From Terriglobia bacterium (GTDB lineage Bacteria > Acidobacteriota > Terriglobia > 20CM-2-55-15), in contig DASUFH010000138.1 in assembly GCA_036274645.1 (NCBI GenBank), positions 1 through 42,118 of the forward strand: 42,118 nucleotides of DNA, written 5' to 3'. Positions 35,518 through 42,118 of the stretch are shown here, piece by piece; position 1 is the stretch's first letter; each line of letters begins with the position of its first letter. A program made the translations under genes and the position numbers. The notes under the pieces are model-generated. The model had not been told where the DNA came from and ran no database searches. It saw only the letters and a list, made by a program, of their open reading frames with translations.

Positions 35518-36054
35518 TCATTTGCCGAAACACACCGTTTCATATCGGCTGTCAACGCCGCTCGAGCTGTACTGTGGAGTCCATCCAGCGGGATCCTGAA
35601 ACAGCCGGATCGCCCGAATCTCGCGGCTGGCGCAGAGATCGAACCAGTGCAGCGTTCCGCGCGGCACCCGTATCAGGTCTCCCGGTTCCACCTCGATTGC
35701 GGTCACCGGGCCGTCTTTGGGCCGGATGTGAAAAAGACCCCGTCCATGGATGATGAAGCGCACTTCATCTTCGTCGTGCCAGTGCTCTCGATTGAACTTC
35801 TGGAGCATGGCGTCCAGACCGGGCGTGCTTGAATTGACGCTGATCACGTCGGCCGTCACGTAGCCTCCGGATGCCTTAAGACGGTCGATTTCATCCTTGT
35901 AAACTTCGAGGATCTCCGCCTGGGACGCGTCCGGGGCCAGCGGATGCGCCGGCTTCCAGACTGCGTAATCGATGCCGATACTTCCGAGATGCTCCGCTAT
36001 CGGCCCGGCGCCGTGAAAGGCGCGTTGCTCATCCGGGATTCGGACGATCGCCAT
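35518..36054 (-). CDS. mtnD: Acireductone dioxygenase (ARD, methionine salvage)
   Basis: Start MAIVRIPDE. Cupin motifs [22 protein letters not shown] and [15 protein letters not shown]. Confidence 0.85.
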   Translation of the reverse strand: MAIVRIPDEQRAFHGAGPIAEHLGSIGIDYAVWKPAHPLAPDASQAEILEVYKDEIDRLKASGGYVTADVISVNSSTPGLDAMLQKFNREHWHDEDEVRFIIHGRGLFHIRPKDGPVTAIEVEPGDLIRVPRGTLHWFDLCASREIRAIRLFQDPAGWTPQYSSSGVDSRYETVCFGK

Positions 36055-36647
36055 AAGACCTCCATCAGAAATTCCAGTATTTCCACGTGCCGTGTCGCTT
36101 CGGCCAGATCGCGGCCCCACGTATACAGGCCGTGGCGGCGGATCAGGAAAGCCCGAAGCGACGGCTTTTCCGCGAGCAGCGTTTCCACTTCGGCGGCCAG
36201 TTCGCGCATATTCTGGCTGTTTTCGAGCACGGGAATCCATTCACGGTGTTCATGCGTGTCGATGCCTGCGAGTCCCTTGAGCATTTCATATCCGTGGATG
36301 ACGAACCCGCCATCAGCCGCGGCCCGGTCGGACATCATCGTTCCGTGGATTGAATGCGTGTGCAGCACCGCTCCCGCGGTCCGGTTGCGATAAATTGCCA
36401 GATGAAGCAGGGTCTCGGCGGAAGGCCGCGCGCCGGCCGGCCGGAGAACCGCGCCATCGCCATCGATCTCCAGAATCTGATCCGGTGTGAGAGAGCCCTT
36501 GGCGGCCGCGCTTTCCGTGATGGCCACGCGCAGGGGTTCGCGGCCGGCCACGGCGCTGAAGTTGCCGCTGGTGCCCAGGACCCAGCCGCGTTCGTAAAAT
36601 CCCTTTCCGGCCGCGGCCAGTTGCCCGGCCAGTTCAGAGAAGCTCAT
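35997..36647 (-). CDS. mtnB: Methylthioribulose-1-phosphate dehydratase (class II aldolase fold)
   Basis: [12 protein letters not shown].., [35 protein letters not shown]. Its 3' end overlaps the mtnD start by 58 nt. Confidence 0.85.
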   Translation of the reverse strand: MSFSELAGQLAAAGKGFYERGWVLGTSGNFSAVAGREPLRVAITESAAAKGSLTPDQILEIDGDGAVLRPAGARPSAETLLHLAIYRNRTAGAVLHTHSIHGTMMSDRAAADGGFVIHGYEMLKGLAGIDTHEHREWIPVLENSQNMRELAAEVETLLAEKPSLRAFLIRRHGLYTWGRDLAEATRHVEILEFLMEVLWRSSESRMSNAPFTAPGR

Positions 36648-36680
36648 GGAGCGGCATTATATAATCCCGCGATCGTTGTT

Positions 36681-37766
36681 ATGGATGAACCTCGCAACCT
36701 CGGGCCGTCCATCCCGATCAAGGGACGCGGCGCCGTCAGCAACCCTGCCAATCGATTTGAGCGGCTGAGCTACGGCGCGCCCGATGACGAAACCTCGGGT
36801 GAAGAGGGGCCGGGTCTCCAGACGATCCTGCTGAAAGACACCTCCCGTTCGATCATCAACTATAACGACAGCCCGGATGTGGGATTCGACGCCAGTGTGA
36901 ATCCTTATCGGGGATGTGAACATGGCTGTGTTTATTGCTTTGCGCGTCCGAATCACGAGTACCTGGGTTTTTCCGCGGGACTCGACTTCGAAACGAGAAT
37001 TCTCGTGAAGGAAGACGCGCCGGAGTTGTTGCGTCGGGAACTGGCCCGGCAGTCCTGGAGGCCGCAGACGATTGCCATCAGCGGCGTGACGGACGCCTAT
37101 CAGCCGGTCGAGCGACGGTTGGAACTGACCCGCCGCTGTCTGGCCGTGTTGGCGGAGTGCCGCAATCCCGTCGTCATCATTACCAAGAACGAGTTGGTTA
37201 CCCGCGACATCGACCTGCTTGGCGAACTGGCCCGGTATCAGGCCGCGCTGGTATTCATCTCGGTTACCACGCTGCAACCGGAACTGGCGCGTGAACTTGA
37301 ACCGCGCGCGTCGCAGCCGGCGCGTCGTCTGGCCGCAATTGAAGCGCTGGCCACGGCCCGTATACCTGTCGGGGTGTTGACCGCGCCGGTGATTCCCGGC
37401 CTGACCGATCATGAAATGCCGGCGATCCTCGCCGCCGCGGCCAAATCCGGCGCGGTTGCCGCGGGCTATGTGGCGTTGCGTTTGCCGTACGGCGTGTCCG
37501 ACCTGTTTGAGGAGTGGCTCGAACATCACGCGCCCGCGGCGAAAAGCAAGATCCTGAATCGCGTCCGGTCCATGCGGGACGGCCGGTTGAACGATCCCCA
37601 ATTCAGCAGCCGGATGCGGGGGAGTGGCGCCTACGCCGGCCACATCCGGCAGCTGTTTGATATTTCGTGCCGGAAGGCCGGCCTCGACCGCGAACGCCCG
37701 GCGTTGAGCGTAGAGAGTTTCCGGCGGCCGCTGTCCCCGCAGATGGAATTGTTTGCTCCAGATTGA
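36681..37766 (+). CDS. Radical SAM protein, PA0069 family (SplB/COG1533-like)
   Basis: IKGRGAVSNPANRFE..YRGCEHGCVYCFARPNHEYLG with a CxxxCxxC-type cluster motif. Start at MDEPRN (ATG 36681). Confidence 0.85.
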   Translation: MDEPRNLGPSIPIKGRGAVSNPANRFERLSYGAPDDETSGEEGPGLQTILLKDTSRSIINYNDSPDVGFDASVNPYRGCEHGCVYCFARPNHEYLGFSAGLDFETRILVKEDAPELLRRELARQSWRPQTIAISGVTDAYQPVERRLELTRRCLAVLAECRNPVVIITKNELVTRDIDLLGELARYQAALVFISVTTLQPELARELEPRASQPARRLAAIEALATARIPVGVLTAPVIPGLTDHEMPAILAAAAKSGAVAAGYVALRLPYGVSDLFEEWLEHHAPAAKSKILNRVRSMRDGRLNDPQFSSRMRGSGAYAGHIRQLFDISCRKAGLDRERPALSVESFRRPLSPQMELFAPD

Positions 37767-37893
37767 CGCGCTGGCGTAAAGAGGCTTTCCTCCACGGATG
37801 GGACGGACTGCCTCAAGCTTGACGCGCTTTCGGAACCGTTGATATAAGCCTCCACGTTTTTCAAATGTCAGCCCAGTGTGAAAGGAGACATCC

Positions 37894-38709
37894 ATGAAGT
37901 GTGTACTGCATCGGTTTGCGGTCGTATGTGTTGCCGGAATGTTCTTCATGACAGCCGTCATTGCCGCCTCGCAGGCGCCTCGCGGCGCGGGAACTGGAGC
38001 GCCGGGACAGGGACCACGCGCCGGCGGCGCCCCGGGCGGGCGCGGCGCCGGTGGGCGTGGCGCCGGACCTGCCGTTCCTGCCAACCAGCCACAGCCGCGC
38101 GACGATGCGAGACACCAGGATTTCGTCGGCATGACGAACATTGCCCGAAATGGAGGCAAAATCGATCTGCTCTTCGTGGGGGATTCCATTACCGAACTGT
38201 GGGGACGTACCGGAAGAGCGGTGTGGGAGAAGAACTTTCTTCCTCTCCGGCCCGCGAACTTCGGTATATCCGGCGATACCACGCAGGGCGTTCTCTGGCG
38301 CATGCAGAATGGCGAACTCGACGGCTTCAAGGCGAAGCTGATCGTGTTCATGCTGGGTACCAACAATATCAACCGGAATCCGGACGACGAGATCGCGGAC
38401 GGCGACCGCCTCATTGTCGAGGAGTTCAAGAAGCGGCAGCCGCAGGCAAAGGTGCTGGTGCTGGGGATCTTTCCTCGCGGCGCCCAGGCGACGGATCCGA
38501 ATCGCGAACATATCAAGAACATCAACGGCAAACTGGCCCGGCTTGCCGACAACAAACAGGTGTTCTACATGGATATCGGTGAGAAATTTCTCACTGCCGA
38601 CGGAACCTTGACTACCGAAATCATGGCGGACGGCCTTCATCCCACGGCCAGGGGGTATGAGATCTGGGCCGCCGCAATCATGGATAAGGTGAGGGAACTG
38701 ATGAAGTAG
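37894..38709 (+). CDS. Secreted SGNH/GDSL hydrolase (PAF-acetylhydrolase-like esterase)
   Basis: Signal peptide, then a Gly/Arg/Pro-rich linker. Block I FVGDSIT, block III LGTNN, block V DGLHPT. Confidence 0.85.
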   Translation: MKCVLHRFAVVCVAGMFFMTAVIAASQAPRGAGTGAPGQGPRAGGAPGGRGAGGRGAGPAVPANQPQPRDDARHQDFVGMTNIARNGGKIDLLFVGDSITELWGRTGRAVWEKNFLPLRPANFGISGDTTQGVLWRMQNGELDGFKAKLIVFMLGTNNINRNPDDEIADGDRLIVEEFKKRQPQAKVLVLGIFPRGAQATDPNREHIKNINGKLARLADNKQVFYMDIGEKFLTADGTLTTEIMADGLHPTARGYEIWAAAIMDKVRELMK

Positions 38710-38863
38710 GGAAGTCCGGACACTCAGGCGCCGTTGGGAGACTTGCGCACTGGACCAACCGGCGCCCCGGCCGCCGGATGGCGCCATACCTGCCCTCAAA
38801 ACGAAACGCTTGAACCCGGATGGCCCCAAGGTAGCATGGGCTTTCGATCATGGAGGTCGAGCA

Positions 38864-39427
38864 ATGAGCATCAGAAGGAGTCTGGTCGTTTTGGGGGCTG
38901 CGGCGCTTTGTCTGGCGCTGGTTCCCGGCGTATATGCCCAGCGGGGCCGCGGCGGCGGAGGGGGCGCTCCAGGCGGCGGCTTCAGAGGCAACTCCAATCC
39001 TGGCGGTGGACGTCCGGCCACGGCGCCGGCGCGGCCATCCAATGCCGCTCCCAGGCCGGACAGGCCCGAATCCAGAGGAGCGGAGAAGAAGTCATCCGGC
39101 GGCGCGGCCTCGTCCAACAGTGTCGCGAGCCAGATTGAAAAGAACCCACGCGCTGCCGCCAATGTTGAGCGCCTGCTGCCGGTCGGAATGACCCTCGACG
39201 AAGCTTCAGAAGGATTCAAGAATCGCGGCCAGTTTATCGCCGCGCTGCACGTGTCCAAGAACCTGAACATCCCTTTTACGGATCTGAAGGCAAGAATGAC
39301 CGGAGAAGATCCGATGTCGCTCGGCAAATCCATCCACGCCCTGAAACCGGACATGAACAGCGGGGATGTGGATGACGCGGTGAAAACGGCCGAGAAGGAA
39401 GCCCGGGAGACCGAAAACCCGACTTAG
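38864..39427 (+). CDS. Secreted hypothetical protein with an N-terminal Gly/Arg-rich tract
   Basis: GGAGG RBS. Signal MSIRRSLVVLGAAALCLALVPGVYA followed by QRGRGGGGGAPGGGFRGNSNPGGG. C-terminal helical domain of unknown family. Confidence 0.6.
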   Translation: MSIRRSLVVLGAAALCLALVPGVYAQRGRGGGGGAPGGGFRGNSNPGGGRPATAPARPSNAAPRPDRPESRGAEKKSSGGAASSNSVASQIEKNPRAAANVERLLPVGMTLDEASEGFKNRGQFIAALHVSKNLNIPFTDLKARMTGEDPMSLGKSIHALKPDMNSGDVDDAVKTAEKEARETENPT

Positions 39428-39639
39428 AGCAGGACTGCTTCGCAGAGTAGACCGGCGTGCGGAAATCCCCTCCTGGTCAAAGAGGGGGACGCGCCGTTAG
39501 GAGCCTTACCGAAGCTGTCCCTGGACGTGGAGTTTCATCGGCGGCAGAATGTCTGCCGAGAGATGGAACAACCTCCCAGACTACGCCCGGTCAGACGGTT
39601 CGCGGTGGGCTCCAATGGACGTCTCCCTCCTTGGCCAGG

Positions 39640-40512
39640 ATGGGAACCCCCCGAAATCTCCATCGAACGGAAAAACGATACGGAGTGAGCATCAGCGTTC
39701 AACGAATCCCCCTCATCTTCATTCTCCTGACCGGTCTGGCGTTTCCCGTTCTCGTCAACGCGGCGCCGGATCCGGACGCATGGACCTTTTCGGAGACGTT
39801 TCAGGGCAGCCACGAAAACTCCGGTTCCGTCCTCAAGCTCGATTCCTCCATCGGCTACCGCTTCAGCGAACGTTTTACCGGGGGAGTCGGCGCGCCCCTG
39901 TATCTGACCCACAGTTCGTCGGCTTCGACCACCACAAACGGATCTTTCGCCGCCGGATTGGGCAACGTCTATCTGACACTCGGCTACTTTCGCGATCTTT
40001 CCGAACTGCAATACTCCTCAACCATCACGGTGACCGCGCCAACCGGGGACGAAAGCAAGGGGTTTAGCACCGGCCGCGTTACAGTGGACTGGAACAATCG
40101 CCTGGCTGCGGATCTGCCGCATGGTTCGGCGTTCGTCAGTCTGGGATTCGCCAACACGGTTTCGGACACCGCGTTCTTTGTCCGCCCATTCAGTTCGCTT
40201 GGCTTTGTGACTCACATGGAAGGTGGAGGGACTCTCCGTCTGGCGCCTGCTGTCAGCGCGGGTGGATCGGCTTATGGCGTCATCGCCTCGGGCGAACAAA
40301 CGATCGTCAATAAGGTCAACCGGTCCGGGGGATCGTCCGGCGCCGGCGGAAGACGCGTAACCAACGCTTCTGAAGCCAACGATCACGGGTTTTCGGGTTG
40401 GCTGGATTTCCTGGCAGGTCCATCTGTGGACCTGGAGGTGGGTTACAGCCGCAGCATTGCTTACGAACTGAACTCGGTGTTCTTTCTGCTGCGGTATACC
40501 TACCGGCCCTGA
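39640..40512 (+). CDS. Putative outer-membrane beta-barrel protein (MetA-pathway/transporter-like)
   Basis: Signal-like IPLIFILLTGLAFPVLVNA. Alternating hydrophobic beta-strand pattern with Gly/Ser-rich loops. Start is ATG 39640 or GTG 39685. The 3' end overlaps the argH 3' end by 13 nt (convergent). Confidence 0.55.
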   Translation: MGTPRNLHRTEKRYGVSISVQRIPLIFILLTGLAFPVLVNAAPDPDAWTFSETFQGSHENSGSVLKLDSSIGYRFSERFTGGVGAPLYLTHSSSASTTTNGSFAAGLGNVYLTLGYFRDLSELQYSSTITVTAPTGDESKGFSTGRVTVDWNNRLAADLPHGSAFVSLGFANTVSDTAFFVRPFSSLGFVTHMEGGGTLRLAPAVSAGGSAYGVIASGEQTIVNKVNRSGGSSGAGGRRVTNASEANDHGFSGWLDFLAGPSVDLEVGYSRSIAYELNSVFFLLRYTYRP

Positions 40513-41828
40513 GACGCGTCAGAGCCGGCAAACGACCCGGCCTTGCGCCGGACGATATTGGCGGGCAGGAGATAATCCGCAGGGAGACCCGCAAACTCCG
40601 GCGAGAACGCCGTCAGATCGATGGCCGCAAGAGTCTTTCCCTCGGACAGCGCCTGGCGCACGGCGCGGGCAACGATGTCGTGCGCGTCCCGGAAGGGGAC
40701 GCCCCGTCCTACGAGAAAATCCGCGAGATCGGTTGCGCCCATGAAGGAATCGGACGCGGCTTCATTCATGACGGCCGATTTGACCTCCACCGTCGACGCC
40801 GCCAGGCGGAGCACGCTCACCGAGAGATGCAGGTTTTCGAATACGGCCAGGAACGCTTCCTTGTCTTCCTGCAGGTCCTTGTTATATCCGGTCGGAAGAC
40901 CTTTCATGACGGAAAGAAGGCCGGTCAGTGATCCGATCGTCACTCCGGCTTTGCCCCGGATCAACTCCAGCCCGTCGGGATTTTTCTTCTGCGGCATCAG
41001 GCTGCTGCCGGTGGTGATCTTTTCGGAGAGTTCCAGAAAGCCGAACTCCGTGGTCGAATAGATGATCCAGTCTTCGGCCAGACGGCTGGCGTGAGTCATG
41101 GCGATGGCGGCGTTGGAGAGAAACTCCAGCACGAAGTCGCGGTCCGACGTCGCGTCCAGGCTGTTGGCGGAGACATCCGTAAAACCGAGTTCCTGCGCAA
41201 TGGCTTTCCGATCGAGCGGAAAGTTCGATCCGGCCACGGCGCCCGATCCCAGGGGAAGGATGTTGACGCGGCCAAGAGACTGTTCAAACCGCTCGCGGTC
41301 GCGGCGGAACATCTCGACATAGGCCATGCAGTAGTGCCGCCAGCGAATGGGCTGAGCCCGCCGCAGGTGCGTGTAGGCCGGCAGCAGGGTGTCGGGATGT
41401 CCGGCGCCACATTCCTCGAGCGCCTGCGCCAGCGCCTCAAGCTCCGCGACCACGAGTTGGACAGCCTGCCGCACAAACAAACGGAAGTCCGTTGCGACCT
41501 GATCGTTCCGGCTGCGTCCGGTGTGCAACTTTCTGGCGACCGCCCCAATCTTGCCGAGAAGCGTCGCTTCGACGAAGGTATGGACATCTTCGAAGGGCAG
41601 GTCTCTGATCTTTTCGGGCGTGTATTCGGCGAGGATGCTTTCGAGGCCCTGATCGATGGCCTGCCATTCGCCCTCGCTGAGCACGCCATACCGGTGTAGC
41701 CCGCGCGCGTGAGCCCGGCTCGCCCGGACGTCGACATCCAGGAGGATGGCGTCGACCGGCAGCGAGCGGTTTAACTTCTCGAAGACCGGGTCCTGGTCTT
41801 CCTCAAACCGTCCTTGCCAGAGTTTCAT
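40500..41828 (-). CDS. argH: Argininosuccinate lyase
   Basis: MKLWQGRFE.., TGRSRNDQVATD, GSSLMPQKKNPD are canonical ArgH/fumarate-lyase signatures. Confidence 0.97.
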   Translation of the reverse strand: MKLWQGRFEEDQDPVFEKLNRSLPVDAILLDVDVRASRAHARGLHRYGVLSEGEWQAIDQGLESILAEYTPEKIRDLPFEDVHTFVEATLLGKIGAVARKLHTGRSRNDQVATDFRLFVRQAVQLVVAELEALAQALEECGAGHPDTLLPAYTHLRRAQPIRWRHYCMAYVEMFRRDRERFEQSLGRVNILPLGSGAVAGSNFPLDRKAIAQELGFTDVSANSLDATSDRDFVLEFLSNAAIAMTHASRLAEDWIIYSTTEFGFLELSEKITTGSSLMPQKKNPDGLELIRGKAGVTIGSLTGLLSVMKGLPTGYNKDLQEDKEAFLAVFENLHLSVSVLRLAASTVEVKSAVMNEAASDSFMGATDLADFLVGRGVPFRDAHDIVARAVRQALSEGKTLAAIDLTAFSPEFAGLPADYLLPANIVRRKAGSFAGSDASQGR

Positions 41829-41870
41829 AGCTGTTGCGTTCGCAGATTGTTCTCGAAGACAGGGGCCGGG

Positions 41871-42118
41871 TCAAACCGTCTTTGCCAGGGTTTCATAGCT
41901 GCTGCCCGTGAGACGGGCCCGGACTGCGGCGGGCAGTCCGAGCAGGTTGATGAACCCTTCGGCGTCCTGATGGTTGTAGCTGTAGCTGCCTGTATCGAAA
42001 GAAGCCATGTCGTGCCGGTAGAGGCTATACGGCGATTTGCGGCTGACTACCGTCAGATTGCCCTTGTACAGGTTCAGCGTGACCGAGCCGGTGACATACT
42101 CCTGCGTCTTGTCGAAGA
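41871..42118 (-). CDS. argG: Argininosuccinate synthase, C-terminal fragment (continues beyond the window)
   Basis: My translation of the minus strand gives ..FDKTQEYVTGSVTLNLYKGNLTVVSRKSPYSLYRHDMASFDTGSYSYNHQDAEGFINLLGLP..ETLAKTV-stop, a typical ArgG C-terminus. Not in the ORF track because no start lies in the window. Confidence 0.85.
   Translation of the reverse strand, partial: FDKTQEYVTGSVTLNLYKGNLTVVSRKSPYSLYRHDMASFDTGSYSYNHQDAEGFINLLGLPAAVRARLTGSSYETLAKTV

Noticed and set aside
36648-36680. SAM/methionine riboswitch or regulatory element ahead of mtnB
   Set aside because: The divergent intergenic region is only 33 nt, too short for any known riboswitch.
36657-38555. 632-aa ORF antisense to the radical SAM and SGNH hydrolase genes
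   Set aside because: It spans two well-supported plus-strand genes and their intergenic region. It has no motifs and an Arg/Pro/Gly-rich composition, so it is a high-GC artefact.

Overview
GC-rich bacterial chromosomal segment. I did not compute GC content. The gene content (PEP-CTERM protein, CarboxypepD_reg-like repeat protein, many TPR, heme and secreted proteins) suggests an Acidobacteriota-like soil bacterium, but this is inference only. I can support about 38 protein-coding genes. I recognised no rRNA, tRNA, CRISPR array, transposase or prophage gene. Housekeeping anchors: ETF-ubiquinone oxidoreductase, groES-groEL behind a textbook sigma70 promoter plus perfect CIRCE operator, msrA, ppk2, mtnB/mtnD, a PA0069-type radical SAM protein, mgtE, argH and the 3' end of argG. 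The most interesting locus is a tightly packed minus-strand four-gene operon (19984-24371). It encodes a single-domain globin, then a fusion of a NirB-type FAD/NAD(P)H reductase, a BFD-like [2Fe-2S] domain and a C-terminal 5-TM module with two His-X13-His helices (predicted di-heme b). Next come a membrane-anchored cytochrome c with 11 heme motifs and a DUF3365-like heme c lipoprotein. Together they read as a quinone-independent transmembrane wire from cytoplasmic NAD(P)H to periplasmic c hemes, a composition I cannot match to any characterised system. Other notable items: a 189-bp near-perfect palindrome with 51-nt perfect arms in a divergent intergenic region. A ~100-bp MITE/REP-like element with 24-nt perfect terminal inverted repeats, present in at least five full or partial copies. 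A heme c-PHM/DBH-like copper monooxygenase paired with a CxxS thioredoxin-fold protein. A mini-MscS / soluble MgtE sensor domain / full MgtE operon. An M48 peptidase homologue whose HExxH is REIAR. Several secreted proteins with Gly/Arg-rich tracts. A tandem duplication of the argH 5' end at the argG-argH junction that creates a coupled uORF. Many long antisense ORFs in the supplied track look like high-GC artefacts and were rejected.
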